From NCBI GenBank assembly GCA_023334545.1, contig JAADVB010000019.1, positions 1 through 64,000 of the forward strand: a stretch of DNA of 64,000 nt. The letters run 5' to 3'. The stretch comes from Salisapilia sapeloensis CBS 127946 (lineage: Eukaryota > Protista > Oomycota). Below are positions 10,101-22,029 of the stretch, piece by piece. The first letter of the stretch is position 1. Each line of letters opens with the position of its first letter. Both the position numbers and the translations under genes were made by a program. A model generated the notes under the pieces. That model saw only the letters and a program-made list of their open reading frames with translations. It had not been told where the DNA came from and made no database searches.

Positions 10101-11621
10101 GAGCACTGCATCACAATTCGGACAGCGTTTCTTCGCCACTTCCGGTTCATCATGCACTGCATTCAATTTGCGTAGAGCATTCATCCATTTCGATCGTTCT
10201 CGATCGTTATCCGCGTAGACGTAATACGGCACTTGCTCTGACGTCATGAACATGAAGCCAAAGGGTTCTCCATCCCACTTTTGCACATCTTCGACCGTCA
10301 CTTCAGCAAGTGGTTTCCCACGCGAATTATTCGCCATGTCATAGTCGGCAAAGTACGAGATAACATGTCCACGCAAGACGAAGTATCGCTTCTTCCAACT
10401 CTTTCGTTTATGACCTTGCTTTGTCAAGTACCCGGCACACGCGACAGGCTCTGGGATGTTAGCTGTCGCGCGCTTGACACTTGCGAGCCACTTTTGTTGC
10501 TCGCCGACAGTGTCTGCACTAGCGTAGAAGACGTTTCCGGTGAATGTCTGGAACATGAGACCGTTGCTTTCTCCGTCCCATGGCGCAACGGAGCGTACGT
10601 CGACGTCTGAGACAGCGGATTGGTTCTCTCGATACGCTTGTTGGTCGACATACTGCTTCAAGGACGTGCCATTGAGGACGTAGTAGGCCATGCGTTGACT
10701 CGGGACCAAATGGCCGCGTTTCGTCAAGTATCCTTCGCAGCTGACTTCCTCCGGTTCGTCGTAAAACTCGCCTAGCGCTCGCATCCACTTGTTCTTCTCA
10801 CTTTCCGACGCAGCGTAGACATAGTATGGGATCTGCTTGGATGTGTGGAACATGAAGCCATGTGCGACACCAGTCCATGGTGCAACATTCGCGACTGTAA
10901 CCATACCATATCGCTTACTCTTGCTTTCATCAGCAAAATACTCGAGGACGTTACCACGCAAGACAAAGTATCTTGTCTTCCAATTCGTAAAGACATGACC
11001 TCGCTTCGTCAAGTAGCCTTCACAAATGATTTCCGATGATACGTTTTCAGGGATCGAAGAGACTTCTTTATCGCCTCCTTTTAATCCCATGAGATCCATC
11101 TTAAAGAGACTTCGACGTGACGAACTACGTCGATGGCCAGAAGCATTTCCGTCGCCACTACCAGGTGCAGGCGTCGAGACGTTCGAAGAGCTCTTGGAGG
11201 GATGCCAAGCATTGTTCGGACCGAGCGAGTTGCGTTGTTGCTGCTGCGATGGTAGATTGAGAATGTCTGGCGAGCTCTGGTTCGCAACCATACCGGAGAG
11301 ACTTGGATTCGAGCTCGGGCGTGTCATGGATGGTCGAGGTGGCGGTTCTTGCGTCGATTCCGTCGGGTTGGGTGGAGGCGGAGGAGGGGCTCGGGAGAGT
11401 AGATTGCTAAAGGACATGCGGTTCGGCTGTCGGTCGTGGACTTGCTGGGCCTCTTGGAGGAAGGCTTGCGTGGAGCTGGATCCCCCTCCGGCCGACAAGG
11501 ATCGTCGCATGGATTCCCTTCGAGCGTACGAGTTCGGTGACGTGACATTCACGTCTTCGACGCTTTCATCGTCATCATACTCGTCCGACGTGCGATGTGC
11601 CGTGGATTGCTCGGTGCTCAT
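7146..11621 (-). CDS. AGC-family Ser/Thr kinase with 3 PH domains, Zn ribbon and Arb2/FAM172A-like domain
   Basis: Kinase motifs GQGGFGKV, AMKVL, YRDAKLEN, DFG, TFCGTAAYIAPE and C-terminal hydrophobic motif FDGFSF. Three PH starts GYLTK(R/Q)GH. CPNC..CGAC Zn ribbon. One intron at 7452-7505 (gtacgt...ctactag) joins IRG|LLTRDP. Confidence 0.92.
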
Positions 11622-13316
11622 GACAAATCAACTTGTGATCAAACGTCTTAAACGTTGGTCGTAAGTAGACTTCCGTTGTTGGTCGAATAACCTAATGTAA
11701 TAACGAATGAATACGTTGGTTCGAACTCTTGTTACGAGCGAGCACGATCACGGATGAAATTATTCTAGATCGAGTACTGGCTCGAACGGATCGCCTACGT
11801 ACGATCTTTATCGGATGTACACGCCGTACGTAAGTATAAAGAGTATCGATAGGAGCCTTAGATCCAGGGGTTTGCTCACAAGTGATCAGATAGAGGAAGG
11901 GCTGTACCTGGTCTACGTGGCTCGCTCCTCGAGCGCGATCTCCTGAAGAAGAACGGGCGAATCAAGTTATGGCCTCGTCGGATCGACGAGCACTATTTCT
12001 ACCCACTAACTCTGGGTATAGGAACACAAATTAGGAACACTAAAAGACGATCCGACGATCTGAAACGGATACTCGCTGCTACCTTCGGGTGACAAGTCCA
12101 CCGTCCGGCGAGCTTTCCACCTGCTCTCGAGTCGAAGCGATCGGATGTGGTAATCGATTTTTAGATGTGTGTATTACGTCGTCGAGAAGAGTTGTAGTTT
12201 ATGTAGATGTAATGTAGTCGAGTAGGATGGAAATTTTGATAAATAACGAGGATAGATATGGATACGGGTAGATGTGGATTTTTAGAAGATAGAGGATACG
12301 GCCGTGTTACATTGCTGGTCGAAGCAACACTTTTCTTCCCGCTGTGTCTATCGACGCTCGTAGCTTCCGAATGGTTACTATTAATAGATAATTTTTCGCA
12401 TAGCTATTGACAAGTGGATGACGGCATCTTGTGACACATGAAGAAGCGTTCGTTTGTACTGAACTTGCAAGGGACACAGCGGTGGAACTTTGTGCCAAGC
12501 ATAGCACAAGGATGGAAACATGTCTATTGTGCAAACCTTTTTGATTCGATCACGATTTGACTTGTATATCTGCTTTGCAATTAATCGTCTAGTCCTCTCT
12601 AGTGTCATCTTCATGGTAAGACAGCCTTGTGCTTTTGATTGCATTTTATGTGGATAGCGGCAAATTCCAGAAAGAGAAACAGCAACGAACAAATATATCG
12701 TGCTTGTCTTTCAACATGGCAACTAAGTCCATAGATAGCATGAAAATGCTATATTTGTGCTCTTACCTGCATATTTAGAGAAATAGAATGCCCTGATTCT
12801 TTGTCAAATACACTTCTTTTCTTCGTTGACATGTTGGTATCCTACGCGTATTTCTTGTAGACTACATCAATGCTGTAAAGTTCACAAGTTTTAATCCAGC
12901 GTTGATACTTATTTTGCATTATATGATGGATATGACAAACAAAGTTTTGGATGCATGCTTCAAGCTGAATTATTACGCAAATGTTTCTACTAGGATAAGA
13001 AGTATCCAAAATTGCTTTCAATCCATAAAGCTTGATCGCTTCAGTCAAACAAGGTTCTACCTTGGACATAGTTTCGGCCCAAGCTAGATGAGATAGAGAA
13101 CTCTGGGTACATTCATATTCTACAGTATGCAGATTTATATAACAAAGATGAACAAATGAACCACTGGTCATCTTATTATATGCACAGACGATGTGGGCTG
13201 AAGCGTCATACTAGTGAGTACAAGCGACTGTTCGTGCTAGCAGAGACGAAATATCAATTCCACTCAAATAGACAATATGAAAATGTATTCCTTTGTATAT
13301 TAGCTTAGATTGGCAT

Positions 13317-14069
13317 CTACGCCATTTTGCCTGCCTGGGACGATGTCCAATCGGACTGGAAGAAGCGCGTAGGTGGCAGCCGCATCCCACTGGCCTGCTC
13401 ACTACCACTATCACTGTTATCTGGGAGTTTCGTTGGAACTCGAGCTGTCAAGGTGCTGATGGGAGGCAGTCTCGGCGTCATCACGCTCGGGCCCAAATTA
13501 GGCGACAACTCCATGGATTGTCGATTTACCAGATCAACTCGATGCGAATCGGGTAGCTGGTATTCTTGGAAATAATGTGTCGGTGGCGAGTATTGCCCTA
13601 GAGAATTTGGATCTTGAAACATCGACCTCGAGCTTTGACTCATGTCAGAGTGCACGGAGGCATTGGGGGACGGCGCACTCTGTCTCCTAAGCTTAAGACG
13701 ACCCCCCATGCCCATATCTTGTAGTTTGGCATTCCGTTCCACTTGGTTCATTCGATGCTTCCGATCACTTTTGCGCTGGTGTTTATTTTGTCGGATCCGA
13801 TGAAATGTACATAGAGTATGTAGCTGTCCGTTGCGCTTGGTAGCTCGTGCATTCGTGCATTTGCCGGATTTATACTTGCACCGTTGTTCCGTAGCTTCTG
13901 GACCTCGAGGGAGTAGGAAGATGGCAGAGTCGGAAGGTAGAGACGCGGACCTCGAAGGTGTCCATACACTCGCATCTTGTTTGTTTTCCATTGGCGAGTA
14001 AATGACGCGACTCACGTGAACAAGAAGGCTATCTCTAGACTGGTGATATGGAGAAAACACTTTCGACAT
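13317..14069 (-). CDS. Oomycete-type C-x6-C-x15-C-x2-H Zn-binding/basic-helix protein, putative transcription factor
   Basis: CKYKSGKCTNARATKRNGQLHTLCTFHRIRQNKHQRKSDRKHR followed by a low-complexity S/P/Q tail containing LPPI. The start may be the later MENKQD. Confidence 0.75.
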   Translation of the reverse strand: MSKVFSPYHQSRDSLLVHVSRVIYSPMENKQDASVWTPSRSASLPSDSAIFLLPRGPEATEQRCKYKSGKCTNARATKRNGQLHTLCTFHRIRQNKHQRKSDRKHRMNQVERNAKLQDMGMGGRLKLRRQSAPSPNASVHSDMSQSSRSMFQDPNSLGQYSPPTHYFQEYQLPDSHRVDLVNRQSMELSPNLGPSVMTPRLPPISTLTARVPTKLPDNSDSGSEQASGMRLPPTRFFQSDWTSSQAGKMA

Positions 14070-14787
14070 GAGAAGTTGTAAAGTAGAAGTGTTCGCGGTA
14101 CGTTCTTCGATAATTAGCTACGCCGTGAAGTGGTAACGAGGCGAAGCTTTGAGTGCTCAATAAAGCCTTATAGACACAGTGGGAGGTAATCTCGCGACGC
14201 TGCGAAGGCGTTAGGATCGACTTTCTTCTGGCTCGGATCGTGAAACGCTGCGAGCGTGACGAAAGGAGCTAGAGAGGTGTATAAGTTGAGATGCGTGCAG
14301 TCGGACGAAGATTAAGAACTGGGAACAGAGGAGGTGGAGGCGGATTTAACGGCTACCCTACGCGTGTGTACGTTGGGCTTGAAGCCGCAGGTGAAACGTA
14401 GAAAAGAAATTGGAAGATTTAATCTGCGATTGAGGCAGAGAACGAGTGGAAAAAATAGCCGCTGCACGTTAATGGTCGATCTACTTTCGACGTGTACATT
14501 CCATGCGTCGCATGCAGGCTTTTGTGCTTATACGGAGCACGTTTGGCCGAATACTCAAGTCAGGAATAAGAAGAAACGTCCTTGGGGCCAGTAGTGAGTC
14601 GCCTATAGTTCCATCCTTCTCTTTTTCCGGCGTATGCATCATCGCGAATAAGTCGATGGCATTTCCAAAAGACGCACTCTTCTGGACGCAGAAAGCTACT
14701 TACAACCGTTTTGGGCCTCCTGAAACGCCGCTTGAGCTGGCAATCGTTTCGGCTTTATACTTCATCCTTCGAACCTCCTCTGTAGCC

Positions 14788-16793
14788 ATGGAAGATAATC
14801 TGGAAGAAGGTGATCACCCGGCTGCAATCAACTTTGGTATCCACGATGAGATGCAGCTAGCGCTCTACTTTGCGCTATTCCTTGTTCTCATCCTTATCGC
14901 TTTACTCGCGAGTAACAAGATCGCGCATCATTTCCATTGGCACTTTTTGCCTGAAGCGGCAGGTACGTTCGTCAACTTACGTGACTCCTCCGTCTATCCC
15001 ACCGTTGTTCTCCTAGTGGTCATCTTGATCGGGATAGTTGCAAGTCTATTTTGTCGATTAGAAGGAAGCATCGTCGCCATCTCCGTAAGCTACGCATTTC
15101 TTCTAAAACAGTTACCACATCTTCATCCAAGAGCTTTCTCTTAACTTTTCCCCTGTCTAGCTAATGGTATTTGATCCTAAAACGTTTTTCGTTGTCCTCT
15201 TGCCGCCCATCATCTTCAACTCAGGTACTCTATCTCTCTCTGCCTCTTCTAATTGCTTGTCATTCACTCGGACGGACGTAGGATACATGATGAAACGCCG
15301 CTTTTTCTTTGAAAACCTTCGAGCGATTTTGATATATGCTGTCGTCGGAACGCTCTTGTCCAATTTTTTCGTCGGCTCCTTGCTCTACGTGGTTGGGAGA
15401 GCAGGATTAAGTGTTGAGCTGTCATTGGCAGAGTGCCTCACCTTTGGTGCACTTATCAGCGCGACGGTATGCCTTGATAATCAGATCCGCATAGTCAGCA
15501 CTTCATCTTGTCTGTGATAGGATCCAGTGTCGACACTAGCTGTGTTCCAAGAACTACATGTGGATCCGACACTCTTTTATATTGTCTTTGGCGAAAGTGT
15601 ATTGAATGATGCTGTTGCCATCGTACTCTTTACAACATTTAGTAAGTTTGTCGGACATGAGTATACGTTCCATCGAGCAGGCATGGCTGTATTAAGCTTC
15701 ATCCTGAATTCCATCGGATCCACGATGGTCGGTATCCTCTTCGGAATCATTGCAGCTCTCCTTTTCAAGCATTTCGACTTTAAAAATTGTACCAAACATG
15801 AGGTATAAAGCTCATGATAGGCAAGTAGAAAGTGTTTGACGTGGTATGGATAGATCGGCGCATATGTTCTGTTTGCGTATCTACCATTCCTGGCATCTGC
15901 TATCATTGGCATCTCAGGTGTTGTGTCCGTCCTATTTGCTGGGATCACCATGAAGCATTACGCTAGCAACAACTTGTCTCGAGAAGCGCAAGAGATGTAC
16001 ATTTCGATAGTATCTACTCTCGATCTTGCACTAACTATACGATCGTGGTAGGTGTTCGAGTTTATTTGAGATCCTAGCGCATATGACGGAAACCACCGTC
16101 TTTCTCAGTACGTCTTTGTCGATTTAGATGAAAACGTAGATGATGTCAATTCCATTAGACTTGGGATTATGTGTCCTATCGCTGACAACCGGGTTTGACT
16201 ATCGGTTGATCCTTTGGACGTTCTTGTTCATCTTTGCTGGTCGAGCAATCAACATCTATCCTCTCTCAGCTCTACTTAACTGTAGCAAGACATTCAAGAT
16301 TTCCAGTAGTCAGCAGCACATGCTCTGGTTTAGTGGCCTTCGTGGAGCTGTCGCCTTTGCCCTAGCTACTGACTTTCCTGGTGACAATAAAAAGGTATAT
16401 TTGCTTTCTTTTAGTAGCTTAAGAATCGATTTTATCCGTTGACGACAGGAAATTATTGCAACAACGATGCTCGTGGTGCTGGTTACCGTCTTTTTCATGG
16501 GCGGTGGGACAGTCGCGATGCTACGTCGCCTACAAATCCAGCAATTAACGCCGGAAGAAGAACGGCAATTAGATAGAACTGTTCGTCCAGTGGATCGAAT
16601 GGCGATACTAAAGTTTGATGCCAAGTACCTCACGCCATTCTTCACCAAGGAGCTTGTTAGCCGACAATCGATACGACCGAGTGAAAGGAGTGATAACATT
16701 ATTAGCAGCATTACGTCCGAATGTATGATACATTCCACTTCCTACTTCCACGAGGACGACGTGATACCAGAAGCAAATCCCTACATCATGTAG
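14788..16793 (+). CDS. Na+/H+ exchanger (CPA1/NHE-NHX family), multi-exon
   Basis: [27 protein letters not shown]|[34 protein letters not shown]. About eight GT-AG introns. An alternative in-frame start lies at 14656. Confidence 0.92.
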
Positions 16794-16989
16794 CCAAGTA
16801 AATACATTCTAAAATACCATTTATCCATACGAAAACATCGTCTTTATCTTCTTACCCTCATATTGAAGTTGACGCGTTTAGCTATCTGATTCGCTGAAAC
16901 ATCAAGACAGCGCATGTAATTGGATCAAAATGACGAAACAAACTCCTTCAAAACGCACTACTTGAGCCGCTCGGTGCCAGGACGTGATC

Positions 16990-18185
16990 ATGACGCGCTT
17001 CTCCCTCCTCACGTTTAATCTATTGGCCCCGTGCTACTTTCGACATGCAGGGAGAGTCGAGAGCTCAGATCGTGGGGCGTTTCTCGCGCGTGCTCATGCA
17101 GCCATTCGTGCAATTCGGCGACAGAACTGCGACCTCGTTTGTCTACAGGAGTATTGGTTCCATCGAGAGTACCAAGCAGCTTTCCGACATGCTTTCCATT
17201 GGACACACTCACTGCATTCGATCAAACGGCCTGGTACGTTTCTTCGGTGCTAGTATCATGACATATGACGATTCTTATGGCTTTATCTAGGTCCGAAAGA
17301 AGACGGATTAGCAGTCTTTGTCGACAAATCTAAGTTTGATATACATCATGTCCAAGGTGTACAATTGGATCAGTCAGGTGACCGAGTTGCGTTGCTCATG
17401 CATCTTGCTACCAAGTGGAATCGAGAAGATTTGCCTCTGAACCAACGTGTACGCTTCTCTCCATTTTATAGCCCTCTAGTGCCTTGTATTCATCAGTATT
17501 GCTAGTCTTTCCTACTCATAAACTCTCACTTGACATTCCCCCATTCGGATTTGTATCGAGAACGGCGCTTGGGACAATTGAATCATGTCCTGGACGCTGT
17601 ACACACGTTTGTCGATCGAGAAAAACTCGATAACGTCCCAATTGTACTCTTTATTCAGTGATATTTCTGCACATTCCTTGAGCTAATGGATGGATCTAGT
17701 TGATGTGTGGTGACTTTAACGATTATAACGATCCGGTGTATCAGCAAATGACCGGCAATGGCTTCTCGAGTGTCTACCAGTACGTCCACGGTCGAGAAGC
17801 TCGTATCACCCATTGCAATCACAAGAACAGGGAAGTCGGCGTCGATTTCATCTTCGTTTCCGAGCTCGAGGCAGCACTTCGTGCTGCGAAAGCTGATCCA
17901 AACCCTCCAGTTCCATCCGCAACTATTACAAGTGAAAAGCGTACGGAGCATGCTGCTAGTCTAGGTCTCTTGCCAACGGAATCGTATCTAGTACCGCGTA
18001 ATATGGGTGACAATGCACGTATGAAACGCCCTAGTTTCGGACAGGACTGGAACGAGGTGCGGCATCCGGCGGATATGGGTCTATACGACGAAGACGCTTT
18101 AGTGAACTACTGGCGCATGGTCTCAGACCATCGTCCATTGGTTGCCAAATTCAATGTAGTCCAATCATCTCGTTCGTGGCGGTAG
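16990..18185 (+). CDS. Endonuclease/exonuclease/phosphatase (EEP; CCR4/nocturnin-like) family protein, multi-exon
   Basis: LLTFNLLAP, DLVCLQEYW, EDGLAVF, INSHL, MCGDFN, VDFIF and VSDHRPL motifs after splicing three GT-AG introns. Confidence 0.88.
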
Positions 18186-18262
18186 TATATGATAGCAAGA
18201 TGGACTGGATGCAAGGTGAACATGTAAATAGACGATCGTGAGCAAAAGAGAAGTTATATTTC

Positions 18263-21077
18263 TCAAGTACATGTCGTTGTGAAGCACTCGATGGAGCAAT
18301 TGACATATGTGTGTTTCTTTATACCATTGTTATCACAGTCGATAGTTGATTCGAAGGGGCCTGTGCATGTGTGTGAGTATATGTCTGCTTCATAGTCATT
18401 TGGACAATGCAAGGCTGATCCACTCTCTTGTAGTGGGATGTTGCCAATGCCGCATGGAGCAACGATGTCATTTGCAGGATCACCACAGGGCCCACCACAA
18501 GTAGCTGTATAGGTTAGCTCTTGGTAGACGCATGAGCGAGTAGTGATACGCCAGCGTGTACTTTGGTAGGGAAGATCAAGCACTCGGTTGGGTGTAACAA
18601 CTTGGAAGGCTACGTAGATATCAATGATTGAGTTGAAATAGTCGGAAGAGGTCGCAGCTAGTTGAAGAGTTTGTCCAGGTTGCAGCATAGCTTCTCGACG
18701 GTGATCGACGGCATCCCATGGCTTAGTAGCATCATTGTCGTTAGATAGAACGCGTAGTTGGGCTCCGTTGCTGTGCACGGAACAACAGTCGGAGCAATTT
18801 GTGTATGTGAAAGGATAGGGATAGTCAAAGACGGCACCATCACGTCCACTTCCAGAGGCGCACGATGGAGCACCAACTAGCTTGGCAACGATTGGAATGT
18901 CAGTATTCGACAACGTCACTGTCACTTCGTATCTCGTACTCAATTCGGCTTCATGAACATTAGAAAGCGTGAATGGATCAAATAGATGTATCAGTGGTAA
19001 TGTAGTGTTATAAGCAGCTCCGTTAGCATTGACAATCCAATAGTTTGCTCCACTAATATCCTGATTGGAATCTCCTGGGTAGGCATACACCAAGTTGCTA
19101 CTGATCTCTGTTTGCTTGGCGGCAACAACCATGATGCCAGCTGAATGAGGAATTTGTCGACCAAAATGATGGATTTGGTTTGAGGTGACTTTAAGATTCC
19201 GCGACAATAGCAAATGGTCCAAGACCACATTCTTAAAGGCATTCTTAAGAGAAGCGTATCTTCCGAGGATAGAGATACCATTTCCTCCAATGTACGACAC
19301 GTTGTTGTGGTCAAGCACAACATTCATACTTTCGCCTGAAACCATCAAAGCATTGCCGCCAACTTTCTCAAATGTACAATGCTGGATCCATACATCGTTG
19401 GCAGACTCTAAAAAGACTGCTGCAACTCGGGACATTGGCCAAGATGATGCAGGCATCTGCTCATCTATATGCATGAACCGATTAGCAGCTAGAAATACAA
19501 AAGAACAGACAGATCGCACAAACATTGGTGTAATCGAAACGAGTGCCGGAGAATACAAGATGGCGAAAGTGGATGCTGGAAGCGCGTAAAGACGAGTTTG
19601 TCTCAATGTACTCTTCAAGTGCATGATCCGCTTCAAGATAGCGATTTTCGTACGATCCGCGAACACGAAGGATTTGCTCAAGTCTTGGAATAGTTAACGT
19701 AATTTGGGCCATTTCGTCTATCGAGGTGTCAGCTTCTTTCGGGATAATATACAAATCTTGCGTATTTGCATCGTAAAACCATTCACCAGGAGAATCTAAT
19801 TCTTGAAAAATGTTTTCTATGCGGTAGCCTGCTTCTAACATTTGATGTGTCTCGGTGCCTTTGTTCCAAAAGTAGTCGTATCTTAATTCGGCTCCACCTG
19901 CCGCTAGTTTTATCTCTGCATTGTTCGTATCGATAGAAGAGATGCTGTAAAAGAGACTCTGCTCGGAGCTTTTATTCGGACGAACTTCGATTTGCCCATC
20001 CGCAACATTTCTCCAGGTTGATACTTTGCTAGACATATCGGATACATTGTATTGGAGGGTAGAAGAGTAAAAGATAGAAGCTGAAGCATATTGACACTGG
20101 AATGCGCTTCGTTCTGCTTCCACCGAACGAATGTCATCCCATAAATCACAATTTGGAAATCCTGCTCTAGGAAGTAATGTATCATCCAAGTATAGCTGAG
20201 AGACAACAGTATAGGCGTCTACGATACCTTCTAGTGAAGTATAAAAGATTGGATAATACATTTTCCTACCAGTACTATTGTGTACGTCGGTCAATATCAT
20301 TCCGTCAGTAGCCCAATTGACATCACTTCCCTCGACTTTGGTACTCCCAGACAACACCACACGCTCGCAACCTCGACAAGACATGGAGCAGTTTTCCACA
20401 CAGTCCTCTTCCTTTTCTAAATCTTTTCCAAATAGATGTATAAATTGTTGATAAAAGTGAGATGGATACATCTTCCTGCTTTCATGCTTCGAGCAAGCTA
20501 CCATGCATCCTGATACGCAAATATCCATCGGATCGGAGTAACAGACATGCCCAATGCCCACTTTATCCAAGCATACAGATCTCCCCGTGTCTAAATCGGA
20601 AGCATCCGTTATCGTGCTACCATCCGTGGCTTCATCCTTCTCTACTCCCATCTGACCGATAGGATCCACCGGACCTTCCCAAGCGTCTATGTTACCCACT
20701 CCATTCCACATATACCGCGGATCAACGGATGTATCCTCCTTGTATGGGTACAGAAGAACATCCATGGTATCAAGTAAGACTTGTGGGTCACAGTAAGCTT
20801 CGTAGGTAACTGGTGCATCCACTGACTCACCCGAGTCATCAACAGTCATGTCGATCGTCTCCTGTACTTCATAGGTACCTCCTCGAAGTATCACATGAAC
20901 TCCATCCGTTGCTGTCGATTTAATCTTTCGTACTTGTTCCTGAGCTCTTGTAAGCGTTAGATAAGGACTTGAGAAACTACCGTCTGCAGCATCATTTCCA
21001 TCTGTACTAACAAAGATGTCGATCGCCGACGTAGACGATAGAAACAACCAAAGAGATAGTAGGAAGGAGAAGATCAT
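18263..21077 (-). CDS. Secreted right-handed beta-helix protein (GH141/pectin-lyase-like fold)
   Basis: Signal peptide MIFSFLLSLWLFLSSTSA. Motifs IFVSTDGND..DGS.SSPYLTL.RA, VILRGGTY, DDSG...PVTYEAY, ELDSPGEWFYD, beta-helix repeats GGNALMVSG/IGGNGISILG. Intron 19465-19519 restores TNVYEQMP. Confidence 0.82.
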
Positions 21078-21132
21078 ATTCGTACGAGTGGAAAGAGTTC
21101 TGTCTTTTACTTGAAACCGATTACAGCTAGAT

Positions 21133-22029
21133 TTAGTCTGATGGTGTCTTTGTAAGTGCGACGATGGTGAAACGCATTTCATCCGGATCTCGATCCATAA
21201 AGCCACGGATCACTTTACAAGCGTCTGGCAAGAGCGTATCTGGAGACGATGGACCGTGATTAATCGGGAATTTCTTCCGACCATCCAGCTCATACAAACT
21301 GTTATCCACGCATGTAAAGGTGATAAAGTGGGTGTTGATCGGATCATCCACCGAGGATAATTGCTACAATCGACTTCGTAAATGCTATCTGAATGTCAAA
21401 GGTGATTCATATACCTCAGAATTTCCACTTTGTGCAGCTTCGCCATGCGTTTCTTCCAACCGGTCATCATTTTCAAGATGCTCTGCAATTTCCTCCGGTG
21501 CCTTGGTCTTGGTTTCATTGAAAAGCTTTTCCAAGTAACTATCAGGCTCTAGTATGAACACGTTATTATCGACAAGTATTGCCTACAAGTATTGCTATCT
21601 ACCAAATTGAACCAGGTTTCGCATGTTGCCGATAGCATGTAGGATGCCGACGGTTCCACATGCGTTTCCGATCGTCTGATGCATGTAGTAGACATTCTCC
21701 GATATTGTCTGGCCCTCTCGCAAGATCCGTTCCTCTTCTTCCTTCTTGTGAGCTTCTGACTGTATAGATATATATCAAGTTAGGTATATAACACAATGTA
21801 CTGCTTGTGATAGAGTAGGCTGTACGTGTTCTTTAATGGGGTAGAGCATGACGACAGCGACAACTGGCTGAGGAACCATGCCGAGTGCCCAGTCCTCGGT
21901 GCTGAGGACGTCCGTGAAGCTGTATTCACTAGTCGGGAAGCCCATGCGCTTAATGTAGTCGTTCATGACCTCTGGGTTGGACTCCAGAGGAAACCAGCGC
22001 TTGGACTTCGATAGCTTCTTCTCCGTCAT
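21133..22029 (-). CDS. UCHL3: Ubiquitin C-terminal hydrolase (UCH-L3/L1 type, peptidase C12), multi-exon
   Basis: [29 protein letters not shown] (catalytic Cys), THFITF (His) and [15 protein letters not shown] (Asp). Confidence 0.92.

Noticed and set aside
7998-11664. Many long antisense ORFs opposite the AGC kinase, and similarly opposite myosin, FYVE-GAF, GH17 and BBE
   Set aside because: These are shadow ORFs from codon bias in the real gene, and their translations carry no recognisable motifs.
11716-11730. GGTTCGAAC T-loop-like strings (also near 55755) as possible tRNA genes
   Set aside because: No flanking T-stem, acceptor stem or D-arm can be formed.
12307-13171. Short ORFs in AT-rich DNA as possible transposase remnants
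   Set aside because: No DDE, RT or integrase motif, and no terminal repeats that I can support.
15467-15520. GTATGCCTT donor in the Na+/H+ exchanger, a family known to carry U12 introns
   Set aside because: It does not match RTATCCTT and is an ordinary GTATG U2-type donor.
19465-19681. Overlapping ORFs in different frames suggesting a programmed frameshift in the beta-helix gene
   Set aside because: A 55-nt GT-AG intron (19465-19519) joins the frames cleanly.
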